64,000 nucleotides of DNA from Candidatus Saccharimonadales bacterium (GCA_041906765.1 JAYRIP010000008.1:2898-66897); one strand, 5' to 3'; shown: positions 9,771 to 17,452, numbered from the stretch's first letter. Program-made: numbers and translations. Notes: generated from the letters alone by a model not told the origin.

Positions 9771-11306
9771 ATGCCGGGGAAAGTCCAGTCAATTACCAGT
9801 TTTGCTATGGAGGGTTTGGTTGTTGATGTTGAGTGTCACCTATCCAAAAGCTTGCCCTCAATTGTGATTGTAGGTTTTGCCAACAAAGCGGTTGATGAGG
9901 CCAAGGAACGTATCCGCGGCGCTTTTACCAACTCCCAGCTTACCCTGCCCCGACAACGTATTACCATTAACCTTGCACCGGCTGACCTGCCAAAAGATAG
10001 TACGAGTTTTGATCTGGCTATATGCGTGGCTATTTTACTGGCCAACCGCCAGGTGCCTCCCTCCGTTCTTGACAATAAACCTATTTTTATAGGTGAACTG
10101 GCGCTTGATGGCAGTGTGCGCCCAGTAAGAGGCATCATTGGCAAGTTGATCGCCGCTAAACGGCTTGGCTACAACGTCTTTTATCTTCCTGAAGGAAATC
10201 TGGACCAGGCCCACCTTGTCCCAGGTCTTCAACTATTGCCAGTAGCAAATTTACGTGACCTGTATTTGCATCTAACCAGTACCGTTCAACTACCTCTTCA
10301 TTCATCTGGTAAATCTCCCGTACAAGTACAGGCAACTCCGCACTTTGAGGTTGATTTTAGGGACATATCGGGTCAGGCTATGGCCAAACGGGCGCTTGAA
10401 ATTGCTGCCGCCGGCTGCCACAACGTCTTAATGAATGGTCCGCCAGGCACGGGCAAAAGTATGCTCGCTAAAGCAGTTGCCTCTATCCTGCCTCCAATGA
10501 CTAACGAAGAAATGCTTGAGACAAGCCACATACATAGTCTTATCTCAGCAGATTACAACACCATCCAGCGCACACGACCCCTTCGGGCTCCCCACCATTC
10601 TGCAAGCCACACAGCCATTGTGGGCGGAGGTCAACAAACTCGGCCGGGTGAGGTCAGCCTAAGCCATCACGGTGTACTTTTCTTAGACGAATTACCTGAG
10701 TTCGGACGTGCAACTATTGAAGCACTCCGCCAGCCTCTTGAAGATAGAGTTATTACGGTCTCCCGAGCCAAGCAAAGCATCACTTATCCAGCACACTTTA
10801 TGTTAATCGCAACAGCTAATCCTTGTCCTTGCGGATTTTATGGCACCACGAAACCTTGCGAATGCTCACCCTATCAAATTAATAAGTATCGCCAGAAACT
10901 GTCTGGGCCAATTATTGACAGAATAGATATCCATGTCCCGGTCAATGAAGTCATCCATAAACAGCTATTGCACACTGAGCGTTTTGAAGAACCAAGCAAA
11001 ATGATCGCAGAGAGAATATATCGAGCACGCCAAATACAAGCAAAGAGGTTTGGCGCTGCTCAAAAGAACAATGCACAAATGGATAACCAAGACATCAAAC
11101 GGTCCGGTGCCCTCAGCTCCCAAGCTGAGGAACTGCTCAATCAAGCATCTGAGCGCCTACAGATCTCTGCCCGAAGTTATATGCGCATTATCAAAGTAGC
11201 TCGAACGATAGCCGACTTAGAGGGTGCCAAACAAATTGAACCAACTCACATTAGCGAAGCTATCCAGTACAGACCGCATCTACAAAGAAATGCCCTCGCT
11301 TATTGA
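9771..11306 (+). CDS. comM: YifB/ComM-family Mg-chelatase-like AAA+ ATPase
   Basis: 511 aa with an N-terminal Lon-protease-like domain, Walker A NGPPGTGKSMLA, GVLFLDELPEF, and the C-terminal Mg-chelatase ChlI-like region (RSYMRIIKVARTIADLEG). Confidence 0.9.
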   Translation: MPGKVQSITSFAMEGLVVDVECHLSKSLPSIVIVGFANKAVDEAKERIRGAFTNSQLTLPRQRITINLAPADLPKDSTSFDLAICVAILLANRQVPPSVLDNKPIFIGELALDGSVRPVRGIIGKLIAAKRLGYNVFYLPEGNLDQAHLVPGLQLLPVANLRDLYLHLTSTVQLPLHSSGKSPVQVQATPHFEVDFRDISGQAMAKRALEIAAAGCHNVLMNGPPGTGKSMLAKAVASILPPMTNEEMLETSHIHSLISADYNTIQRTRPLRAPHHSASHTAIVGGGQQTRPGEVSLSHHGVLFLDELPEFGRATIEALRQPLEDRVITVSRAKQSITYPAHFMLIATANPCPCGFYGTTKPCECSPYQINKYRQKLSGPIIDRIDIHVPVNEVIHKQLLHTERFEEPSKMIAERIYRARQIQAKRFGAAQKNNAQMDNQDIKRSGALSSQAEELLNQASERLQISARSYMRIIKVARTIADLEGAKQIEPTHISEAIQYRPHLQRNALAY

Positions 11307-11366
11307 CCCCTGTTTCAAGATTTGTTACACTCTCAGTAGCCTAACAGTTATCAAGGAGTAAAAGTA

Positions 11367-11897
11367 ATCGCCAAAAAGACCCGCCTGAACGGCATGATTC
11401 GGGCACCACAGTTGCGAGTAATCGATTCTGAAGGAAAGCAACTTGGCATACTTGCGCGGTCTGAGGCATTACAGGCAGCCGAGGAACAAGGCTTGGATCT
11501 GGTGGAGATATCACCTGATGCCAATCCCCCGGTTGCGAAGATTATCGACTGGGGCAAGTACAACTACCAACGAACCAAGCAGTTACAAAAGAATAAACGT
11601 AACGCCAAGTCGATGGAGTTAAAACAGATGCGGTTCGGCTTAAAAATAAGCCAGCATGACATGGAGGTGAAGTTGCGCAAGGTCACCCGGTTTTTAGAAG
11701 TCGGCCATAAAGTCAGACTGACAATCTTTTACAGGGGCCGCGAACTGGCCCACAAGGATTTGGGCTTCGCCCTCGCCGATAAGATAATCAAAGAGTTCGG
11801 AGATAGCGTAGTAGTGGAACAACCCCCACAACTCGCCGGCAAGCAGTTAAGTTTTACCATGAGGAGTGCGACAAATGCCAAAGCTAAAAACTCATAG
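11367..11897 (+). CDS. infC: translation initiation factor IF-3, probable non-AUG (AUC) start
   Basis: The ORF-track Met at 11394 truncates the conserved N-terminus (..KTRLNGMIRAPQLRVIDSEGKQLG). The frame is open back to 11340. An AAGGAG SD at 11353-11358 sits 8 nt upstream of ATC at 11367. Confidence 0.85.
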   Translation: MAKKTRLNGMIRAPQLRVIDSEGKQLGILARSEALQAAEEQGLDLVEISPDANPPVAKIIDWGKYNYQRTKQLQKNKRNAKSMELKQMRFGLKISQHDMEVKLRKVTRFLEVGHKVRLTIFYRGRELAHKDLGFALADKIIKEFGDSVVVEQPPQLAGKQLSFTMRSATNAKAKNS

Positions 11898-12069
11898 CGG
11901 TACTAAGAACCGCGTCAAAGTAACGAAAAACGGCAAAGTGCTGCGGCGTCACTCTATGGGCAATCACTTTTTGCAAAAAAAGAGCGCTTCACGGAAACGC
12001 AAACTTGCTACTCAAAGCCAGCTTGAGGGCAAGGCGAAGAAAAACATTAAGCTGAGCCTCGGAGTATAG
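11875..12069 (+). CDS. rpmI: 50S ribosomal protein L35
   Basis: [22 protein letters not shown]... A GAGGAG SD lies 8 nt upstream of the ATG at 11875. The gene overlaps the infC 3' end. Confidence 0.93.
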   Translation: MPKLKTHSGTKNRVKVTKNGKVLRRHSMGNHFLQKKSASRKRKLATQSQLEGKAKKNIKLSLGV

Positions 12070-12070
12070 T

Positions 12071-12415
12071 ATGCGTGTAAAAAGAGGTGTAACAAGCCAT
12101 AAAAGACATCAAAAAGTCCGTCATGCAACCAAAGGCATGACGAGAGCGCACCGTTCAAGCGTAAAGCGAGGTAAACAAGCAGTTACCCGCGCCCTTCAAT
12201 ATGCATACCGCGACAGACGCAACCGAAAGCGAACTTTCCGGGCTTTGTGGAATACCCGCATCAATGCAGCTGCAAGAACTCATGGTGTAACCTACAGTAC
12301 CCTGATTGCTGGCCTGAAACGCAAAAACATCACCCTTGACCGCAAGATCCTAAGTGAGTTAGCGGTTAATGAGCCAACTGCATTTGAAGCCGTAGTAAAA
12401 GCTGCCCATAAATAA
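12071..12415 (+). CDS. rplT: 50S ribosomal protein L20
   Basis: 114 aa, [16 protein letters not shown]...[24 protein letters not shown]. Confidence 0.96.
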   Translation: MRVKRGVTSHKRHQKVRHATKGMTRAHRSSVKRGKQAVTRALQYAYRDRRNRKRTFRALWNTRINAAARTHGVTYSTLIAGLKRKNITLDRKILSELAVNEPTAFEAVVKAAHK

Positions 12416-12449
12416 TTCCTACCAACTACAAACACCGCGATTAAATAAT

Positions 12450-12480
12450 AAACCGCCCGGATATGGGCGGTTTATTTATG
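12450..12480. terminator. bidirectional intrinsic terminator between rplT and rnpB
   Basis: AAACCGCCC-GGATAT-GGGCGGTTT with T-rich tracts on both strands (ATTTAT on plus; ATTATTTAAT on minus). Confidence 0.7.
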
Positions 12481-13053
12481 CCAGATAATCTGTAAGCCGG
12501 GTTCTGTCTGCTTCGGCATAAGTACCAAAGCGCGCTGACCATCTATCTAGCCCAGGCGTTGCCGCCTGGATCAAGCGGATAATCGACCGGCTCTGGCGGG
12601 AAACCGCAACCATAAAGATCACTTGCGAACCGATCTCCTTGCAGCAGGCAGGGTTTACCTCTCCCAACGGTCACCCGCTAGGACTGTGGGCTCTTACCCC
12701 ACTCTTTTCACCCTTACCCAGCACCTTTCAGAGCTGAATGCTTGCCTAAATTGCACGGAAGAAGCGAAGGGCACAATAAGCCGTATATGTAATACGGTGA
12801 AGAGCACTGGAGCTTCTGACAAAGCAATTTGCCAAGAGCGCGAGCAGAGTTTGAGCTTTGCTCAAAGCAAGCTCGCTCGGCATTTAGAACTGAAAGGTAC
12901 TGGGCGGTTTTGTTTCTGTGGCACTTTCCCTAGAGTTTCCTCCGGTTGCCGTTAACAACTGCCTTTCCCTACGCTGCCCGGACTTTCCTCCCCGCACCTC
13001 AAGAAGCTCTAGCACAGCCCCTTAAGGTGCGGGGCGATCAGCCAATAATCTGG
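12481..13053 (-). ncRNA. rnpB: RNase P RNA, bacterial type A, unusually long (~570 nt; ends approximate)
   Basis: Minus sense contains GAGGAAAGUCCGGGC (plus 12976-12990), GGUAAGAGC, and CUAGAUAGAUGGUCAGCGC...ACAGAACCCGGCUUAC (plus 12492-12507). P1-like pairing CCAGAU../..AUCUGG occurs at the two ends. The overlapping ORF-track entries look spurious. Confidence 0.9.
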
Positions 13054-13061
13054 CCCTACTA

Positions 13062-13913
13062 TTATACCTCTTCTTCTTGGGCTGCGGTATCCAAGATATT
13101 ATTCACGACCCCATCGGCTAATTTGTTGAGCTCACGTGGCACATGGGTAAATGTTGCCTTCTTAAAATGAGGCAATAGCTTACGAACACCGTCATGTATA
13201 GGCAATAAATCTCTATTTTTTACCTTGTAGATCGATTTCATTTGATTAACGACCAGCAAACTGTCCATATAGATGTGCACGACTTGTACGCCTCGTTTGA
13301 GAGCTTCTTCAAGGCCTATTTTAAGTGCTTGGTACTCAGCTTGATTGTTTGTGGTCACACCCAAGTAAAGGCCGTTTTCGACTATGACCGTATCATTCAT
13401 GTCCATCAAAACATAACCGCTGGCTGACGGGCCAGGATTGCCCCGCGAACCGCCATCCGCATACAATTTTACCTCTGTAATTACTGTTGATTTTTTTACA
13501 TCTCCTTTTGCCAACGGCCGGGGTTGCTGAGGATTAAACGTAAAGGTAAGAAACTTGATCGGTGTACGCTCATCTACACTTGGACCATAAAAGTTCTGAC
13601 TGGCTTTTAGAATGTTTTCCTTGGTCGAATACTCTTTGTATACAGCTAAGTCTTGTGCGGTAATGCCACCAATCCGTTTCTCAAGTATTTCGGTGATGTG
13701 GGCTTCCCCGATAACCTTCCAGCTATCTGGTTCCAGCGGACTTACTTTATCAATTATCAAGACAGCATCATTTACATGGAGGTCTTTATCGTCATTGACC
13801 CGCCAAGTGGCTATCTTCTCGCCTTTCACAATTTGTTGTGCAGTTTGATGGTCGACTTTGAGTGTTTTCATATATAGAAGCGTACCACAAAACGGCACCT
13901 TAACTTTTCGCAT
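13062..13913 (-). CDS. rnhA: ASCH-like domain fused to RNase HI (type 1 ribonuclease H)
   Basis: The C-terminal half (VKLYADGGSRGNPGPSASGYVL...TNNQAEYQALKIGLEEAL...MDSLLVVNQM...NKLADGVVN) carries the RNase H DEDD-type motifs. The N-terminal ~130 aa look ASCH/PUA-like. The true start may be the internal Met (MKTLKVD). Confidence 0.75.
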   Translation of the reverse strand: MRKVKVPFCGTLLYMKTLKVDHQTAQQIVKGEKIATWRVNDDKDLHVNDAVLIIDKVSPLEPDSWKVIGEAHITEILEKRIGGITAQDLAVYKEYSTKENILKASQNFYGPSVDERTPIKFLTFTFNPQQPRPLAKGDVKKSTVITEVKLYADGGSRGNPGPSASGYVLMDMNDTVIVENGLYLGVTTNNQAEYQALKIGLEEALKRGVQVVHIYMDSLLVVNQMKSIYKVKNRDLLPIHDGVRKLLPHFKKATFTHVPRELNKLADGVVNNILDTAAQEEEV

Positions 13914-13949
13914 TGAGCAAATGAGCTAAAACCATGATACCTAGGAATT

Positions 13950-15095
13950 TCACTGAGGGAAGGTTAGCCATTCCTCTTGTTGCTGAACCCCTTGGTTGCG
14001 GATTTTTATCACCGGCTCATTAGTTACTACCCCTATCTTTTTCGCAGTAATCCCATGGGCTTCTGCTTCGTTTAATACGTTCCCTGGCTCAGGTGTAGCG
14101 ATAACCATACCAGGTCCCATGTGCCACTTCCCATAAGCTTTTTCATCAGTAAATCCTCTCAGTCTTTGCACCTCTAACATAATCTGAGGAGGTGCTATCG
14201 GATCATCTATGGTTACCCCGAGACCTGACGGTTCAAGCATTCGCCCTAACTTACTAGGCTGCCCACCACCCGTTATATGGGCAACACCCGTGACTTTTGC
14301 TTTTGCTTCCTTTTCAATATCGTAGCCACCGGTAAGACCTGATACAAAACGAGAGTAAATAATAGATGGTTTTTGCACTAAACGCCCCAGGGAGAGCTTT
14401 CCAAGGCTATCTACTATCTCATTCTGCCACTGAGAGCCATAGTGCTCGAGCATAGCCTTCCTGACATCCGTAATACCATTTGACCGGAAACCATGTTCTG
14501 CAAGACCGATCAGTGCGTCGCCCGGTTGCATTTGATGGCCCGTAAGAATCCGTTCTTTATGAGCTAACCACAGTACGCTCGCACCCCAATTGTAATTAAA
14601 ATCACCATATCCGCCGACGCGATCGCCTAGTTCTGCAACCTCGCCATTGACCACAACCACCCCGGCAGCTTTTGCAGCCTCTACGTAACCATGTGCAAGT
14701 TGTTGAATAGCCTCACGAGTATGCGGCGTGTCATTCAGCTGTCTAACATCAAGAATCGATCCAATGGCTACTGGCTCTGCACCCCGGACCACTGCATCAT
14801 CACAGACCATCGCGAATAAATCATGAGCCACCGTGGAGTGATCATCCAGACGTTCGGCGACCTCAACTTTTGTGCCTACCCCGTCAAAAGCCAGGTTCAT
14901 GTACAAATTGCCAATGTCTTTAAGCATAGTACCCGGTATAGCTCGAAACCCAGAGAATGACTCATGAAACTCTACGAGGAGTCCTGGCCTGTTGTCGTGC
15001 GTTAACTTGGAAGCCTCATAGAGCATACGCGAGACATCATCACCAAGCTCAATATTCACGTCTTGTATATGTTCTCGAGGCAGTGGCTGTTCCAT
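13950..15095 (-). CDS. PurM-like AIR synthase-family protein
   Basis: 381 aa. AFDGVGTKVEVAERL...DLFAMVCDDAVVRGAEP matches the PurM N-domain signature (DGVGTK..., CxNDxxxxGAEP). No other pur genes are nearby. Confidence 0.65.
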   Translation of the reverse strand: MEQPLPREHIQDVNIELGDDVSRMLYEASKLTHDNRPGLLVEFHESFSGFRAIPGTMLKDIGNLYMNLAFDGVGTKVEVAERLDDHSTVAHDLFAMVCDDAVVRGAEPVAIGSILDVRQLNDTPHTREAIQQLAHGYVEAAKAAGVVVVNGEVAELGDRVGGYGDFNYNWGASVLWLAHKERILTGHQMQPGDALIGLAEHGFRSNGITDVRKAMLEHYGSQWQNEIVDSLGKLSLGRLVQKPSIIYSRFVSGLTGGYDIEKEAKAKVTGVAHITGGGQPSKLGRMLEPSGLGVTIDDPIAPPQIMLEVQRLRGFTDEKAYGKWHMGPGMVIATPEPGNVLNEAEAHGITAKKIGVVTNEPVIKIRNQGVQQQEEWLTFPQ

Positions 15096-15196
15096 TCGTT
15101 CAGTGTACGAAGAACTCGCAACAATTCAAAGCATAGGCATAACAATGTGTACAAACAGCGGAAGAAAGATAAAGAACAGGAGGATACTACTTGAGC

Positions 15197-15832
15197 TTAA
15201 TTAAGAGTAATAGTTCCAAGAACTTTGTCATAGGTAGCCGAAGCAGCAGCCCTATTGGGAAAAGTATCTAACACCAAGGTAACTATCTTACCATTTGCTA
15301 AGAAAAATACAGTTGTTCGGCTATCACCCTGATAATACTGGATAGCTTTTTTACCATTTACAGTTAATACCTTATAATCACTATAAGGATTTGGACCGGC
15401 ATCAAGGTGCTTAGACTTGAAATTATCAACAGTTAAGCCGCTCGGTGTAAATTGGGCTTCATCCACCGTAATTTGCTGGCCTTTTGTACCATCATCAGTA
15501 AATTCAGGGCTAGTTAGAGTAGTTGATGTAGATTGTGTATTGTCATTCGCCTTAAGTCCCCAATCTGTTGGGTACTTAAGTGTAATCCCATATCTTGTAT
15601 AACTTTTCCAGTTCTGAGTCTCATCTATTGGTTTCGCGGTTTGTGCTTCAGAATTTTGTTGCGGAATCGGTTTGGTTTTGCTTGCAGAGTCTGTATTTTT
15701 CAAAGAATTATTCGCTTTATTATTCTGACTATATACATACCATCCAATAAAACCTAAAAGCCCCACCACTATAACAATTAAGAGTATCTCAATAATGCTA
15801 AAACCTGCGCCGTTCTTAGAAATTTTTTTCAT
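15197..15832 (-). CDS. type IV pilin-like protein (prepilin N-terminal cleavage/methylation motif)
   Basis: N-terminus MKKISKNGAG/FSIIEILLIVIVVGLLGFIGWYVY shows the G-F-x-x-x-E class III signal. It stands alone, 27 kb from the pilus locus. Confidence 0.75.
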   Translation of the reverse strand: MKKISKNGAGFSIIEILLIVIVVGLLGFIGWYVYSQNNKANNSLKNTDSASKTKPIPQQNSEAQTAKPIDETQNWKSYTRYGITLKYPTDWGLKANDNTQSTSTTLTSPEFTDDGTKGQQITVDEAQFTPSGLTVDNFKSKHLDAGPNPYSDYKVLTVNGKKAIQYYQGDSRTTVFFLANGKIVTLVLDTFPNRAAASATYDKVLGTITLN

Positions 15833-15960
15833 TTTTATCCTTGTGATGCTTTAAATATTACCTACAGAATAGCACAGTTGGGCTATACTCCTTGTGTTCA
15901 CTTTAATGTCTATTATTACCTCTCCATTATAAGCACAGAGGAGCATGTACCTTGCTTACA

Positions 15961-16005
15961 TCAAAAATCCTCCATAGCTCCGCAAGAAGCGAAGCGACGG
16001 AGGAT
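15961..16005 (-). terminator. intrinsic terminator ending the tRNA-Pro/E1 transcript
   Basis: Minus sense: AUCCUCC...GGAGGAU followed by UUUUUGA. Confidence 0.65.
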
Positions 16006-16151
16006 GGTCGGGGTGACAGGACCCGGTCACCTCTGGCGACCCCGCAATTTTCATACTTGCAACAAGTTACAAATCTGAAAAATTGCCTTGCGGGCTGCCA
16101 CTGGCAGTCCTCACCTGCGACATCACGACCCCAGCCGTAAACGGGGTACTT
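16005..16151 (-). ncRNA. structured RNA element E1 (unknown family) ending in a tRNA-Pro-like 3' end ...CACCCCGACCA
   Basis: It is homologous to 37010-37139. The joiners are identical (GGUGA, GCAAG, GAU, GUA, GGG, GUCCUG) and the four helices show compensatory changes. See findings. Confidence 0.6.
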
Positions 16152-16227
16152 TGGTCAGGGTGAGAGGACTTGAACCTCCGCTCTCTGGACCCCCAGCCCA
16201 GCGCTTTACCAACTAAGCTACACCCTG
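16152..16227 (-). tRNA. tRNA-Pro (anticodon GGG), CCA encoded
   Basis: Hand-folded cloverleaf: CAGGGUG UA GCUU..AAGC G CUGGG CUGGGGG UCCAG AGAGC GGAGG UUCAAGU CCUCU CACCCUG A CCA. Confidence 0.92.
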
Positions 16228-16246
16228 TCGTTTGTAAAGTTCTTAT

Positions 16247-16282
16247 GGGGTAATGCGCGCTAGCCAACTGCGCCACACCCCG
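16247..16282 (-). pseudogene. 5' fragment of a second tRNA-Pro-like gene (acceptor 5' strand + intact D-arm, no anticodon/T arm)
   Basis: CGGGGUG UG GCGC AGUUGGCUA GCGC G CAUUACCCC. Its acceptor strand is exactly complementary to CACCCCG-A-CCA at 16005-16015. Confidence 0.6.
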
Positions 16283-16325
16283 AGAATCGGACTCCCTTAC
16301 TATACCAAAATGCCTTACTCTTAGC

Positions 16326-16354
16326 TTAAAAAGGCACTCTGATAAGAGTGCCTT
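16326..16354 (-). terminator. intrinsic terminator downstream of the M50 protease gene
   Basis: Perfect 10-bp stem AAGGCACUCU-UAUC-AGAGUGCCUU followed by UUUUAAGC on the minus strand. Confidence 0.7.
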
Positions 16355-16517
16355 GGCAGCTGGATTACCAACCTGATTAATCTGCCTAGGGCAGATGGGT
16401 GCCTTCACTTACCCGCCACGGCCGGCAAAAATATTAGGCTCCCTTTTGTTAATCATTCAGATAATCATTGCGTTGGCATGTTCCAGCCAATAATTATTAT
16501 ACTCCCTGGATTCGCTG

Positions 16518-17153
16518 CTACCCTAACAAAAATCTATATAGAATCTCAATGGTATTGCTAAGTAGCGGTGCTCCAAAAGGAAATAGCACCAACATAAACA
16601 CAATTATCGTCAGGAAACCAGCTGATTCGATCTGAAGCATAAGCCGCTGCAAGGGTTCCGGTGCAAACGCATAAAGCAGCCGCGAGCCATCCAGCGGTGG
16701 AAACGGAATCATATTAAAAGCAAAAAACGCCAGATTGATAAGAATAAAAATACTAAAGATGTTGTAGGTGCTCGTACCAACTGCAATGCCGCCTAACTTC
16801 ACAATAGCAGCTGCAAACGCAGCCAAGGCTAAATTAGTCAGTGGTCCGGCAATGCCAATCAGGGCGGCACCATATTCCCCAAAACGAACACGTGAGGGAT
16901 TAAATGGTACTGGTTTAGCCACAAAAAATGGCGGAAGCCTCAACAATATCAATACAATCGGCAACAACACAGTGGTATAAAGATCGATATGTTTGAGTGG
17001 GTTGAGAGTCAACCTTCCTTCGTCGTGCGCCGTGGTGTCGCCGAGAGAATGGGCTACAAAAGCGTGCATCGCCTCATGGATACCCATGGACAACAAGATA
17101 GTAATAAAGACAACGAGCAAATCCGCTGGACGTAGATCAAGCAACATACCCAT
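16518..17153 (-). CDS. site-2 protease-family (M50) membrane metalloprotease
   Basis: 211 aa, polytopic, with HEAMHAFVAH (HExxH) in the first TM region and a PFPPLDGSRLL motif. Confidence 0.85.
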   Translation of the reverse strand: MGMLLDLRPADLLVVFITILLSMGIHEAMHAFVAHSLGDTTAHDEGRLTLNPLKHIDLYTTVLLPIVLILLRLPPFFVAKPVPFNPSRVRFGEYGAALIGIAGPLTNLALAAFAAAIVKLGGIAVGTSTYNIFSIFILINLAFFAFNMIPFPPLDGSRLLYAFAPEPLQRLMLQIESAGFLTIIVFMLVLFPFGAPLLSNTIEILYRFLLG

Positions 17154-17204
17154 GTAGTATACCAGTCCTGCGGGTAATGATTGGATGAAACATCTTATAA
17201 GTGA

Positions 17205-17233
17205 TTGACCTCTGATAAATTATCGGGTAGAAT
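17205..17233 (+). promoter_or_regulatory. sigma70-like promoter of rpmB (TTGACC-17 nt-TAGAAT)
   Basis: Hexamers at 17205-17210 and 17228-17233 with an exact 17-nt spacer, 30 nt upstream of the rpmB ATG. Confidence 0.55.
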
Positions 17234-17263
17234 TACACCTTGAATCTAATAGGAATACCCTTG

Positions 17264-17452
17264 ATGCAACGATGCGAACTTACTGGTAAAGGAAAGCAAT
17301 ACGGACATAATGTCAGCTTTTCACAGCGTCATACCAAAAAGGTCTGGAAACCAAACCTACAGACAAAGACATTGACTGTAGACGGCAAAAAAGCGCGGAT
17401 GAAAATCAGTACCCAGGCTCTACGCACCCTCAAGAAAAAAGAGCTACTGTAA
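17264..17452 (+). CDS. rpmB: 50S ribosomal protein L28
   Basis: MQRCELTGKGKQYGHNVSFSQRHTKKVWKPNLQ... An AGGAA SD lies 8 nt upstream of the ATG at 17264. The ORF-track start at 17240 is a TTG extension. Confidence 0.92.
   Translation: MQRCELTGKGKQYGHNVSFSQRHTKKVWKPNLQTKTLTVDGKKARMKISTQALRTLKKKELL

Noticed and set aside
12476-13170. Four ORF-track entries (63-110 aa) on both strands
   Set aside because: The region is occupied by RNase P RNA, whose universally conserved P4 and GGUAAGAGC motifs I found. The ORFs are artefacts of GC-rich structured RNA.
16005-16151. E1 as SRP (4.5S) RNA, tmRNA or a group I intron
   Set aside because: - SRP RNA: there is a superficial resemblance (CAGGUGAGG...GGCAGCC..CAAGGCA), but no GGAA/GNRA-capped helix 8 and no matching asymmetric loop.
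- tmRNA: there is no G3-U70 acceptor, no UUCGA T loop and no tag ORF.
- Group I intron: the P7/P3 core sequences are absent, and a complete tRNA lies inside the supposed intron.
16067-16408. 113-aa minus-strand ORF, plus plus-strand ORFs at 15878-16140
   Set aside because: They run straight through tRNA-Pro, element E1 and two terminator hairpins.
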